A DNA stretch of 64,000 bases from the human T2T-CHM13v2.0 reference genome, Homo sapiens. The position numbers were made by a program, and so were the translations under genes. The notes under the pieces were generated by a model. That model did no database searches. It worked only from the letters and a program-made list of their open reading frames with translations, and was not told the DNA's origin. Location: assembly GCF_009914755.1 (NCBI RefSeq), contig NC_060943.1. One strand, written 5' to 3'. Each line of letters starts with the position of its first letter. The stretch's first letter is position 1. Positions 1-20,357 of the stretch are shown piece by piece.

Positions 1-1757
<1,757 letters not shown>

Positions 1758-2265
1758 GCTAGACGTGTTCTGTTTCCTTCTCCAGATTCACTCTCTTCTC
1801 CTCTTCCCTTTCCTCTCCTCTGTTCTCTACTGTGAATGGCAGATCTATGGGGGCTGGACCAGTGGAGTCTCCTGCTTCTGTGGCCTCTAGGGGGTTCAGT
1901 CAATGGGGAACCTCAACTGGAGACCAGAGTGAGGACATCAGTTTGGAATTTTAGTTCCCCACTTCCCTCCCCAGTATCATTGCGGGCTGGACGCGTTTTT
2001 CAGCCTGAGATGGGAGCTCTTGTTAGGCAACCCTCTCTGAATATCTCTCTCTTTCTGTCTCCGGCTCTCTCTCCAGCTCTCTCTGTCTCTTTCTGTCTAT
2101 GTCTCTCTCTCTCTCTCTCTCTGTCTGCAGATTCCAGCAGTGGCTCTTCTCCTCACCCTTTTTGGGCTATGGTGGTAAGAGATACCCAATGGTAACAGCT
2201 CTGGGAAAATGCTAACCCATTTTTTTCTGGAGTTCTCTTTAGCCCTTATGTCAATTATCCCACAA
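1758..2265 (+). mobile_element. LTR33-like ERVL LTR with internal (TC)n
   Basis: Starts tgctagacgtgttctgtttccttctccagattcactctc, matching the LTR33 5' end. Confidence 0.7.
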
Positions 2266-2267
2266 TA

Positions 2268-2611
2268 GGCAGATGCTACATAGCAACGTTTGGGTCAGTG
2301 ACGAATTGCGTATAGAACGGTGGTCTCCTGAGATGACAATAGTGTATTTATGCTGTACCTTTTCTATGTTTAGATGTGTATAGATGCACAAATACTTGCC
2401 GTGGTGTTACGATGCCTGCAGTATTCACACCATAACATGCACTGCAGGCTTGTAGCCTAGGAGCAGTCGACTCTAGCGTCCATCCTGGGTGTGTATTGGG
2501 CTGTACCATCTGGGTTGGTGTAAGTGCACTCTACAATGTTCCTTTCGTGATAAAATCACCTAACGACACATTTCTAACGACACGTCCCTGTCGTAAAGCA
2601 ATGCATGACTA
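2268..2611 (+). mobile_element. Tigger3a (MER7A-type) DNA transposon
   Basis: Matches consensus throughout (gtaccttttctatgtttagat...cctaacgacacatttct...gcatgact). Confidence 0.85.
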
Positions 2612-2932
2612 TACTAACCTCTCCTGCAGTCGCTCAGATGGGGCCAGCCCCCTGTTTGTGCTAGGGCCCTGGCTGCTAGGCTGGAAGCCTCATACATCTC
2701 AGTGCATCTTCCCCTCCCAGGTCATGGTGATGCCCAAATACGTTTGGCTGAAGCACCCTGAAGTCTCTGCTACCATCCAAGCTGGTTTGGAGACATGAAC
2801 CAGACCAATGAAGGGCAGGCTTTGGATGGCCATTTTCTCATTAGGTTCCTCTCCTCCACCATGCTAGATCCCTGGGCGTCCTGCTGTCCCCTTACATGGA
2901 GAAATCCCAGCACTGGGAGAAAGCACAGGGTC

Positions 2933-2938
2933 TTTATT
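2933..2938 (-). terminator. Poly(A) signal AATAAA downstream of CD177P1 exon 9
   Basis: tttatt on the plus strand, about 240 nt after the exon-9 stop. Confidence 0.6.
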
Positions 2939-3174
2939 ATCAGACACATGCAGCCACTCCTCCAGTGTCCCCTCTCCCACAGGGCAAGTCCGGCTGCTCC
3001 AGGCTCTCCCCAGTGTTGCTATTAGGTGAGTAGATATGAATGATTATGTGTGGGGAAGATGATTCATGGACAGGATGGGGAAATAATCTGGTGTCCAAGG
3101 CCATTAGGTTACAAGCACAAGGGACGGTTGAGTGTGGTGGTGAGCAGCGGTGAAGAATCGTGGGGGAAATGGAG

Positions 3175-3407
3175 TTAGCAGGAAGGGCAAACCGCTCCCC
3201 ACCACAGCGCTGGGGCCAGTGCCAGCCCCACCCCCCAAGTGAGACACTCCAGGCCCCCAGCCCCACCTCCCTCATGCTGAGAGGCAGGAGGCGGCTCATC
3301 ACCCTTCTCACACACAGAGAAGATCCCAATTTGTCTGGTGTGGTTCAACAAGGAGCTGGAAGGTTGGGCCACACAGCCCTGAATGCTCATTCTGGTGGTC
3401 AGCCCAC
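3175..3407 (-). pseudogene. CD177P1: CD177P1 exon 9 coding part (GPI-signal region)
   Basis: ctctag|GTGGG...; encodes [31 protein letters not shown]...[20 protein letters not shown]. Confidence 0.95.
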
Positions 3408-3466
3408 CTAGAGGGAGAAGACCAAGTCAGAAAGGACACAGAGTACAGCCCAGCCAAATTCATAAA

Positions 3467-3592
3467 CCCAGGAGTCCAGGCCCCAGACCCTCCTCCCTCA
3501 AACGCAGGAGCTCAGACCCCCAGCCCCTCCTACCTCAGACCCAGGAGTCCAGGCCCCCAGCCCCTTCTCCCTCAGTCCCAGGAGCCCAGGAC
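3467..3592 (+). repeat. About 37-bp 19q-type minisatellite, 3-4 units
   Basis: Repeated cccaggagtccaggcccccagcccctcctccctcaga variants in CD177P1 intron 8. Confidence 0.8.
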
Positions 3593-3633
3593 ACCAGCGC
3601 CTTCATCCTTGGGGCCCTGCTTGCAGCACTCAC

Positions 3634-3768
3634 CTCCTGAGAGATGAATGTACCCATCATAACAATGAGTGGCGCCCCTGGGGCAGGTCATTCGGGGGGA
3701 GCCACTTGAACAGGTTCCAAGGGGCTGCACACAGGTAGGACACTGCCGGTCTCCTGGGACAGGGGCAG
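3634..3768 (-). pseudogene. CD177P1: CD177P1 exon 8 (135 bp)
   Basis: ccccag|CTGCC...GGAG|gtgag; encodes [45 protein letters not shown]. Confidence 0.95.
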
Positions 3769-3884
3769 CTGGGGAGCAGAGGGAAGGTGGGGGTACATGA
3801 CTTTGTGCTCAGAGCAGCTGCCCACCTTGGGCCAGAGTCTCTGTGTGTCTGGGCCTCATTTCTCCACGGCCCTGGATCCCATAC

Positions 3885-4070
3885 CTTGAGGAGGGAGGGA
3901 GTTCAGCAGAACGCTGCTGCTGCTGGCACTATTGCACAGGTCCGAGGAGCAGAAGTGGGTATAGGAGGCCACAAGCACCCCAGGAGGGGCTGAGTGGATG
4001 GTGGTCTTCTGGGAATTTTGAGCCCCAACAGCGCTGCAGCTTTAGGTCGCCACCAGGGTTGATGTGAGTC
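3885..4070 (-). pseudogene. CD177P1: CD177P1 exon 7 (186 bp) with premature stop TAA at 4044-4042
   Basis: cctcag|GACTC...CAAG|gtatgg; encodes [61 protein letters not shown]. Confidence 0.96.
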
Positions 4071-4807
4071 CTGAGGGTGAGAGGGAAAGCTGGGCTGGGG
4101 ACTGGGCAGCTCCCAGGGCAGCAGGGGCTCCAGAGCTGGACTCCCTGCCCTTCACAATACCCCCCAGGCAGAGGGTGAATGCCCTGATCACAACTGCTGG
4201 GTCATGTTTAGTGTGGGGCAAAGACGGAGGCTGGGGCCTGGGTCCTGCCCGAAGCTCTGCCTCCTCCCAGTTCTCGCTCAAACGTCACCTTCTCCATGAG
4301 TCTCCCCTGAGCACTGAGCTTAAAATTGCAGCCTTCCCCTCACTTTTCCTATCTCCTTTTCCTTGCCAGATTTCTCTCCAGAGCTGGGATCTCCATTCCC
4401 CATACTTTGCTGCTTTTTGTTTGTTTGTTTCCTGTTTCTCAAGGCATATAAAGCTGCAGGAATACAGATGGGATTGGATCTGCGGCACCTAAAACAAATG
4501 CTGGATAAACATTTCCAGAATGTATGAAGCCACTGAGAGTCCTCGGTGTTGGCACGGTTCTCCACCCTGGGCAGGGATTACCGCATACGTGGTCACCCCT
4601 CCCCAGAAAGGCAGACACTGTCATTCCCACTGCTTCACCCCCAGTTTTCATAAGGGGAACCCAAGATGCAGAGAGAAGAAGAGTCGGATTGAAAATTGCA
4701 GATGTGAAGGGAGCTGAGCAGGAAATTCAGGGGAAAGAATCCAGTGGGGTGGAGGGAGCTGCCAGGGACTTGGGACAGGTGTTCGTCTTCTACCTCAGTC
4801 CACGTAC

Positions 4808-4948
4808 CTACATCTATGAGCAGCAGCATCTCCTGACACACCTGCCCCACCTCGCACGTCTCGGTATTAGATGTGGCCCAATCAGTGGGTTCTTTACTCA
4901 AGTTTTCCTGCTTCTTCAAGGTGGTCCCCCGATGACAGGTCAGAACAT
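4808..4948 (-). pseudogene. CD177P1: CD177P1 exon 6 (141 bp)
   Basis: ccccag|ATGTT...GTAG|gtacgt; encodes DVLTCHRGTTLKKQENLSKEPTDWATSNTETCEVGQVCQEMLLLIDV. Confidence 0.95.
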
Positions 4949-6944
4949 CTGGGGAGAGGAAACCCAGGGTCTGTGTAAGCCAGGAACCCACCATGTCTGT
5001 CCCTCCACGTCCTGGGCTAGGGAAGGTGATCATGCTCTTGAGTCACACTCCAGGTGACCTGGCCACGGAGTCCCTCAACCACGGATTCAGAAGGGACTTG
5101 GGAGTCCAAACCCCACCCCCATTGTTCCCTGTTTCTGCTTGAACACCCGCAGGGACGTCCTCTCACAGCCCTGTGAGAACAGCCATTCCTTGCTTCAGCT
5201 GTGAGAGCAATGGAAGCTCTTCCTGAGCCTCTGCCCATCTCTGCTTCCCCATCTGAGCTTTAAGGTCCTCATTTCAATAATAAGGAAGGCAGCCTGAGAC
5301 CTTTCTCATACCTTTCAGTTGCAAAGCCCTATGTTCCAAACAAGATGCGAAGGGCCAGGGTGGGCTGAGCACTGCCGCTGAGCGCTGCCTCTGCACCTGG
5401 CTGACCTCATTGCTTCCCACAGATCCACCCATCTAAGGTTCCAGGGAACACAGCTTATCTGGGATGCCTCATTTCCCCACAGCACCCCAACAGTAGGTGG
5501 TGTGATCACAATCAACACCCTCATTTGCAACAAGGGAAACAGAGGCAGGATTGCTCAGTAGCTGCCCATGCCACACAGCTTGTGAGTGGCAGAGGTAGGC
5601 TGGGAACCCAGGGACTCTGGACCCTCAGGGTCGGGGTTGGGAGCAGGAGGGAGACAGGTACTGAAGACCATCCTCGGCTACCTTGGCCCCGAGGCCCTCA
5701 AGGCTCTAGTGTGAAACCACAGCCCCTGGCCTTCCCTCATGGCCATCACAGAGCAGGGGGGATCGGTCCCATGATGCAGGGACTCTTAGACTGAGCCCCC
5801 AGCTTCCACCAACACATGCGACCTGCAGAACCGATGCCACCCTGGAGGGCTGCTCATTTGCATACTTCACAGATGACAAAATCAAAATCATGGCTCCTGC
5901 TCCCTTCTCCCACCCTTCTCTCCCCACTCCCATCTCCCCTACTTATACCCGTGGCGGCTCGTTTCTGCCAGTCTAGCTGAACACATTGGTGTTGTCCTTG
6001 ACCACTCTCTTTCTCTCCCACATTGTGTTCCTCAAGTAATCCTACTGGCTTGAGCTGCAGAAAATCTTCAAAACCCAACCCCACGTCACCACCTCTGCTG
6101 CCTCCAAGCCCCCCGCTTCACTCCCACCTGACTCCTGGGGCAATCCCTGCACCCGCCTGTCACTGTTCCTCTCGCTCCATTCTCCACCCAGCAGGCAGAG
6201 GGAGGCTAGGTAAACCTAAGTCAGTTCATGTCACTCCTCTGCTCCGAAGACTCCAGGAGGTCCCCATTCTGGAGAATAAAATTCTAAGCCCTTCCAATGG
6301 CCCGGGAGGCCTGATAAGACGCGGCCGCCTCCCTGCTCCCTCCATCACTCTGCTCCGCACAGGTGTTTCTGGCAGGCACTCACCCACATCATGGTCTTTG
6401 CATCTGCTTCTGTCCCATGTCTGCAACCATCCCCTCCTCTTCCCCAAATCCAGGGAAAGAGGCTCCATGAGATATGGAGACTTTTGATCCTCGTGTGAAG
6501 CTGAGGCTGGAAAGCTGTTTCGGCGGCAGAGCTGGGCCTGGGACCCACGTGTCCCTGATTCAGACGTGGGCTCTTCCCTGCTCTCTCACTGGGACCGCTG
6601 CCCAGCTCCTCTAGGGGCAGCCAGGGCCTTATCTGCCCGGGCCCCTTGGTTCTTCACAAGGGGCTGCTGCCATGGCCCCTTTTAGTAACCTGCATCCTTG
6701 CACCCAGCCCTCCCACTGCTGCGGCTTCTTATAAGCGGTTCCATCACCCTGAAGCCTCTTCTCTCCTGCACTTGGTCCCCAACGTCTTGTTGTTCCCCCA
6801 GTTTCTGATGCCTGGTCTTGTGATGCTCACTGTCTGCTAAACTGCTGAACTGCACTTCACCAGGGAGGCAAAACAGCCTGCAAGATCTGGCTCCAGTGTT
6901 GAAAGCAGAAGATGAATCTCTATGAACAGCACTGATTGGTGCAT

Positions 6945-7545
6945 AGTCGCTGTGTTTTATGTGGTGCGTTTGTGTAGTGTGTGCACATGCGTGATGTGTG
7001 CAGGTATGTGTGCTGTGTGTGAGTGCGTAGTATACATGTGGGGGGTGTGGTTGTATGGGGTGTGTGGTGTGTTCATGGTATGTTTGTGTGGTGCGTGCAT
7101 GTGTAGACATACTGTGTGTGATATATGTGGTATGTGTTTGTTTTGTGTGTTTGGTGTGGTGTGTGTTCTGTGTATCTGTGTTTTGCTTGCATGTGGTGTG
7201 TGTGGCATGCCAGATGTGTTGTGTGTATTGTGTGTTGTGTGTGGTATGTATTGCATGTCTGATATGTTGAGAGGGAGAGTGTGTGTGGTACCTGACGTGT
7301 AGTATGTGGCATACACACTACATGTACACGTAGTAATTGTGCACTCGTGTGATGCATTTGTGTGTGTTGTGCATATTGTGTGCTCTGTGTGTGATTTGTG
7401 TTCCATAGGTGGTATGTCAGGGGTATGGGGGAGTGTGTGTGTGGTATGTGATGTGTGGTGTATATGTGTCATGGTGTGACGCATTCGTGTCTGCTGTGCT
7501 TATTGTGGGCTGTGTGTGTGGCATGTGTTGCGTCTGATTTGTTTC
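6945..7545. repeat. Degenerate (TG)n-rich tract
   Basis: About 600 bp of interrupted TG repeats in CD177P1 intron 5. Confidence 0.95.
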
Positions 7546-9107
7546 TGAAATACCTTCTGGGTTATCAGTGTCATCTGGTCCCAGAGACCAGGGCCAGATC
7601 CTTAACAGCAGCATCAGTCAAAAGGAAAGATAAATGGCTCAGACCCTGCCCTCCCTGCTCCACAATCTTCCATGGCTCCCCTGCCTTCAGGAGAGGGTCC
7701 ACCCCTCAGCCTGGGTTTTCAGGTACTTGAGCGACCACCAGGTTCCCCACTTAACTCTTCCTCCCCCACCAGTATCCATTCTGAAGGCATGCCAGTTCAT
7801 TTCCTCCTCAGCCTCACACCTGCTGTGCCTTTGGCTTGGAGCAGCTCCCTCTTCGACCCCACACCCACCTTGTCCACCTGGAAAACTTCGAATCACCCCC
7901 AATCCCAGCTGTACCCCCTCATCTTGATGAGTCCTTCTCAGGTGGAGTGAGGGACTCTTCTTGAAAACAGCAGGCTCACTCCCACCTCCAGGCCTATGCA
8001 GCTGCTACACACTGTTCCCTCTGCCACCAATGTCCTCTTCCTCTTCTACCAATAAGCTGTAGGTCATCTTTAACACACGGTTCACAGGCCACCTCCTCTG
8101 TAAAGCCCTCCTTGACTCTCTACCCCAACAACATCAGTATTTTCCTCCTCTGAACTGCCCCAGGCCTCACATCCCCGTTTGCCACAGCCCTGATCACCTC
8201 AAGCTGTGACCATCTGTGTCTGTAGCACCTCCCCCTCCTAGTCCTGGAGGCCCTTCAGGTAGAAACAGGGTCTGACTCATGAGGGAGCTTTGCTCAAGTG
8301 AGCCCTGCATGTCCTCACTTGAGCAAACACCTCCTGGTACCCTTCCTGAGCCGTCTCCTGAGCTACCCAAGGCTGGAAACCCTGGTGCCAGTGGTACCAA
8401 GCCCCTAGCCTCAGGCTCCCAGCCTAGCTAGGGAGAAACAGCCAAATACACAGAGGAATGTGTGCAGAGCTCACACAACTCTCTCTTCTAAGCTCTAAGG
8501 GTTAGCGTGATGTGGGCAGACAAGGAAACTGAGGCAGGGGCAGGGAAGACTTTGCTTCTAGGAGGGAAGCTGGGATTCCTATAAGACCCCCACCTCCCCA
8601 CCATGGCTTCCTGTTGCTTTGGAGCCCTTCTTATGGAGACATTCCCTGGCACTCTCTTCCATGGCAGCACCTAAATGGGTAAGTGGGGACCCTCTCAGTG
8701 TCCTCCTTTAACTCTTGCTTTCTCTGTCACACCCAAAGTCCCCTTGATTTTCTCTCTGATGTTCTCTCCTGTGCAGGCAAGGCTGCTGGGGCACTCCAGC
8801 ACCATGAGCGGGGCGGGGGCTGATATGGGTGGGAGAGAGGCTACGGTGGCCTAGGGAAGTGGGAGACCTAGGGTTACCCAAGGCCAGGGGTGTGGAGACA
8901 CAGAAATTGAAGCAACCAGTCACTCTCAGCAGCTTGAGAGCCAGCAGGGGCCCCAGCACTCACTGTTGCCTAAAGCCACATGCCAAGCAACCCACCCTGC
9001 ACCCTTGACCTTCCTCCTGCTGGCTTTGGTGTGATGGCTCTGGATGCCCCATGTGTCATCGTGCCCCGAGGCTGCAGTCCAGGGCACAGCCTAGGGGCAG
9101 GACTCAC

Positions 9108-9224
9108 CTTTCATATCGCAGTTCTCAGTCATACCCACGGGCCCAATTTCCTGTGTCCCATTGAGCAGGTTGCAAACTGGCTGGGGCATGCATCCCTGGA
9201 CTCTCAGATTGGAGAAGATGCCTC
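9108..9224 (-). pseudogene. CD177P1: CD177P1 exon 5 (117 bp)
   Basis: ctgcag|GAGGC...AAAG|gtgag; encodes [39 protein letters not shown]. Confidence 0.95.
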
Positions 9225-9433
9225 CTGCAGAAAGGGGGAGCGAGGGAGAGTCAGTGATGCTGCCTCCAGGACCACCCAACCCTCAGAGGCAGGCATAGCT
9301 CCAGGAAGCCAGGCCCACCATCCTCTGGGTCTCATGCCGTGCCTCAGCTCACCCTCACTCCCCAAAGACTAAGATCTCAGTCCCCAGACCTTCCAGTTCA
9401 GTCCTCGCAGGGACCCCGATGTCCCAGGCTTAC

Positions 9434-9556
9434 CTCCCCTGAGCCTGAGGAGGCCATCATAACAGTGTGTGGTCCCCTTGGGGCAGATCTCTTCTGTTGT
9501 CCCCTCCAGACAGCCTTCCATAGACAAGCAGACTGGGCACCTCAAGGATCCTGGGT
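9434..9556 (-). pseudogene. CD177P1: CD177P1 exon 4 (123 bp)
   Basis: cctag|ACCCAGGA...GGAG|gtaag; encodes [41 protein letters not shown]. Confidence 0.95.
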
Positions 9557-9801
9557 CTAGGGAAGTGACAGACAGAGTGAGGGGGCACTGAGAGGGCACT
9601 GGATTTGATCAGATACCTTCTCTGCACCCCACTTTTGCTGGCCTCAGGAGTCAACCTGCTCAGCCTTCCCAAAGGGGCCTTCTGCAGCTCCCATCATGGG
9701 ATCTGGATGTGGGAAAATAAGTGTAACCCATGAAAGAGGAAGGCAGAGAGATCAGGAGGTCTGGGTAGAGGCACCCAGGGCTGGGTACAGAAAGTGGTCT
9801 T

Positions 9802-10170
<369 letters not shown>

Positions 10171-10288
10171 TCAGACATGGTCAAGTCTGAACCTTTCAAC
10201 AAAGTCTGGCCTTCCGAGAGGAGACGCAGAAGCAGACTCATTGGTCAAGGGAATGAGGGGGTGCCCTGGAACGAGCCAGTGCCTTCAC

Positions 10289-13180
<2,892 letters not shown>

Positions 13181-13382
13181 TATATAGATTATTCTTAAGG
13201 ACTTTGTCCTACGTAACCACAGACCAGGATCAGACCCGTGTAGTTTACACAGATGCACTGCTGTCTAATAGGAAGCCCATTTCCAGTTTTCCTCTGTTGT
13301 CCCAATGACATCTCTCATTGCGTTTTTGCTTTCTGATCAGGAGAACATCCGGGGTCAAGCATGAACTGCACTGTGTTGTCTT

Positions 13383-14170
<788 letters not shown>

Positions 14171-14980
14171 TCTCATCTCTGGACTCCCCTTTAATCTAGG
14201 AGTGCTCCCCAACTGCCTTTCATTTTCTTTAATGTCATTGAAAGCAATGGTTCACTTTTTTTTTTTTTTTGTAAAGTCTTCCACCACCTGGATGTGCCTG
14301 ACTCAGACTATGATTAGAGTAGTTTTAATGATTTTTGGCAATATTCTTCTAGCTGGGTGTGGTGTGTCACATTCAGAAGGCCTTTAATGCCTGTTTGTCA
14401 AATTCTTGGCTAATTAACAACTGCTGTGTGAGGTAAGCCATGGAGGAGGCCGTGTGAATGTCCTATTCCCCACCACGAGATCCTTCTGTCTCCTTGCACA
14501 CATTGTGCCCAAGCTACTTCCAGAAAATCCTCTGTGATCACGGCAAATCACATAATGTTTTTGGTCCAGCTCCCCTGCTGCCCTCCTATCCACTCTTCTG
14601 CCCATTACAGGAAGCCTTTACACCCAGGCAGCTCAGCGTCCAGAGCTGGTTCCACTCATCCCCTTCAAGGAGAGGAAAACTGAGCCCTGGGAAGGAGAAG
14701 TAAAGCTGGAGTCACAAAGCCAGGAAATGGTGGCCAGGGGCACGACCCAGGCCTTATAAACAACCTGCACTCTTCCCCCTGCAACACAGCCTGCTGAGGA
14801 CGCTCATCAGTCATCTCAGTGGTTCACTTCCAATCTCCTCATCTGCCAAGCACCCAGCATGTTCCAGCAAAGACAAATTATTCCTATGGCAAACTGACCT
14901 GCATGCAGTTTACAGGACTTTATGTTATAAAGAGGAGGGATCTATGGCACTTAATGAAAAGTTACACTTAAAGATTTTCA

Positions 14981-17229
<2,249 letters not shown>

Positions 17230-18731
17230 TCTTTAATTTCTTAATAGGCTCTTCCAGGAGTTATTGAGAAGAATATTTTACAATTCTAAGTGGAATATTT
17301 TAGCAGGAAGGACCGTGGTTTATTTCTACGATAATTCTGTTGTGGCTTAAACAGTTTGTTCTTTTGTAATTTGGGGTATTCCCTCTACCACCTATTGTTG
17401 ACTTTCGACCTTTGATATTTACCCTATGTAAATTCATCAACCCCTGATTTTACTTCTTCAAAGCCAGCATGAGGCTAGTCAAGCCTGGTTTCCTCTCACA
17501 GGAAGTCAGTCTTTGGCCCCATGGTATTTGTGTAACCAGGTTACAAGATTTAAAAATCTATCGCAAGTGACAGTAATTAAAAAAAAAAAAAAACAAATGT
17601 GGGCTACTCTGGAAGAAGAAACATTGGAATGTAGATTTTATTTGTTTAATTGCAGAGACATGAACCAGCTTATACTCGTTTGATTTCCACATTATTCATG
17701 GAGAGTCTAAAGTCAATTTCTGGGAACAAAAAACCAACTTGAAAAGCTGTTTAAATTCTATTAGTGGGACTTCCAAAGGTACAAGGGTTAAGAAAAAGAG
17801 AGGAGAAAAGAGAAAAGAGGGGTAGGGAGAAAGGAAGACGTGACAGGAATGTGAGCCAGACAATGGAGATGGAGAAAAAGCAGTCAAGAGGGACAGAGGG
17901 CGCGGTGGAGGTCTGCAGGATCTGAAGATCCACCTCTCTTCTCTGGACACTGACCTCTTACCTGATCCCAGAAACAGACTGAGCTTTAACTCTGACCACA
18001 TACTCCTCAGGGTGATGGAGAGTGGGGCCACCTGCACCCTACCAGCCTTCCACAGCCCCTCTGCATGGGCTCTGCCCCGCACCCTACACGTGCTCTGAGG
18101 CCTCTTATTGCAACAAATGACTTCCTCCAGATTCCATTCCCTCCACCGCCTCTTTCTTCTCGCTCAAGCATCTTCAATGGTCTGGATACGTTTCTTTGCT
18201 TCCATTTGTCGCCTTCCACTCACTCATCCATGTCCACTTCCATCTTCCCCTTTCTCTAACATTGCTTGTACTGAGATCAGCAACATCCTGCTTTATTGCT
18301 AAACCTGCCAGGAACTCACAGGTTAGTTTTGCATCCTTTGACGCTGAGGGCCACTTCTTTTCCTGGAATAATCTCTGTGAGGCAAATATACATTTTTAAA
18401 AATTTTGTTTAGCCTGTTGCAAAAAGATAGAGACTCTCCTCTTTTCACTCAGATCATTTTCTCTTCATTCATTCATTCATTCATTCATTCATTCATTGAT
18501 AGAGTCTCCCTCTGTCACCCAGGCTGGAGTGCAGTGGTGCCATCCAAGCTTACTGCAGCCTTAACCTCCTGGGCTCAGGTGATCCTCCCTCCTTAGCCTC
18601 CTGAGTAGCTGGGACTACACGCATATACCCCACTATGCCCAGCAAATTGATTATTGTTATTGTGTGTGTGGAGATAGGATCTTGCTATGTTGCCTAGGCT
18701 GGACTTTGAGAGCATTTATTTTTTAGAAGAG

Positions 18732-19320
18732 GTGTAATTGAAAATTCTTTCTCTGTCCCTTGAAGATGTATGTAAAGCTTTCTAAAGCATACATAAGCAT
18801 CTTGCCTGCCTCACAACCCAGAACTGTCCTCCTCAAGGCCATAGGAGCCCTCTCTTTGAAAGGCAGGCATCCGGGCAGAAAGCGCCCCTGTCTCCCAGTT
18901 TCTGTGAGAAGGAAGGAACCTCAGTTCTGGGGGCATCTCACTCCCAGTTGCAAAACTACCTCCTGTCATAGATAAGAGAGGTTTGTTTTTCCTGTGGATA
19001 AAGCCAATTAACCACACAGAGAATCAACACAGTTACTGGGTGAATTTAGGATGAACTATGTGTGACAAATGGTGCCGTTGAGTCCTCTCAACTGGGAACG
19101 AGTCACCGTGTATCTGGAGACCATGTGTGTAACGGGTTGCACCTGCTTGGCTGGATACAAAGGTGGGATTTCTTTCTGTCTTTGTCATCTCTTAGCAGAT
19201 TGTATCACATTTTGGCTTAATGCTTACTCAGTCATAAGACAAGTTTCTTTTACTTCTATGGATGTGAGGGGGGTTTCTGGGCTGAGCAGAAATTTGTTTC
19301 TTAATCATATTTTTCCAGCA
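18732..19320 (+). mobile_element. MER34-like ERV1 solo LTR
   Basis: tgtaattgaaaattc... to ...taatcatatttttccagca. Confidence 0.6.
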
Positions 19321-20357
19321 ACCCCCACCCAACCTACCCCACCTTCTCTGAAGCTACTTCCCCCAGGCTTTAAAGGCGGCTGCTCCCCGGGGTTCCTCCC
19401 GGGCCCTGCCTCTCCTGGTTCATCTGATCTCCCACCCTCGAGGCATCGTAGCTTCCCTCCCTTCCATGTGCTGATGCCTCTCAGATCTCTAACTCTAGGC
19501 AGAAACCGGCTTCTCAGTTCCTCAGCTCAAATACCCACCTTGGGACGGGCATCTGCACCAGGACTTCCCGCCGGGAACTCTCCAGGTGGAACACGGTACA
19601 TATTCTCTGGCTGCAGTGCAGTTTTTAAATGCCACCAGTACACATGGGGAATGTTCTGTCTTCCCAAGGAGGAAGCCGGAAAGTTCATTTTCCCAGCACT
19701 CTTTGCAGGAGGGACACCGACACGGGTCCAGGCTTTCCCCATCAGGTGCTCCCGTGAAAGACTCAGGATCCCGAACAGCACCAGGAAGCAGAGGGTGCAT
19801 GGCACCGATTTGCTTTTTGTTTTTGTTTTAATTTTTTGAGTGGGGATCGGGGACAGAAGCTTCTGGACTCCAGGGCCAGCCTCAGCAGTGCAGGGTGCAG
19901 GGTGTGGTTTCTGCCTCCTGCAGTAGCCAGAAGATCTTGACCGGAGCTGTCCTGTGCCTGTGGTTTGGTCCTTGCCCTGGGCCCTGTGGCCTCCAAGCTG
20001 GCTTCATGAGGGCCCTTGGAGCTTGGTGACCTTCCTACCCTGTCCTTTAACCAGTCCCTTTTCTGCTTCTTGCTGGAGTGAGCTGGGCGGTTTTCTCTGA
20101 ATCTGTTCCTGTGCTGGGTTCTCCCTTAGGGAAGGGCACCCTGGGCACCCGACCCCTCAGCCGGATGCCTAGCAGATGTTCTCATGCTTCCACTTCCTTG
20201 CCCCTTTATGTCCAGTGGTCACTCCTTTATGTCCCTTCCATGTCCTACATCTCTCTCTGCTGTGTCCTGTCTTCTGCACCCTGTGGCCTCCACCTAAGTT
20301 TGCACCACCACCCATTCCTCCTTGAATGAATACAGTTGTCTCCCCGGGTCTCCCTGT

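Larger units (their letters stand above)
3175..9556 (-). pseudogene. CD177P1: CD177 pseudogene 1: unprocessed, 5'-truncated duplicate with exons 4-9 only
   Basis: Six GT-AG, phase-1 exons translate to CD177-like LU-domain sequence from [10 protein letters not shown] to WWGAVCPSC*. There is an in-frame TAA in exon 7, and no exon 1-3 or signal peptide is recognisable upstream. Confidence 0.96.

Noticed and set aside
6922-7730. Cys/Val-rich and His/Thr-rich ORFs
   Set aside because: Translations of the (TG)n/(CA)n tract.
19069-19839. Longest ORF in the track (256 aa)
   Set aside because: Begins inside an LTR, has no recognisable domain and no coding-like composition.
19870-20130. Possible third APOA4-like block (KALMKQL / GPRA...QDL)
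   Set aside because: It needs several frameshifts, and the plus strand looks like the 3' end of an old MaLR/ERVL LTR (cccttttctgct...gagtgagctggg...ttttct).
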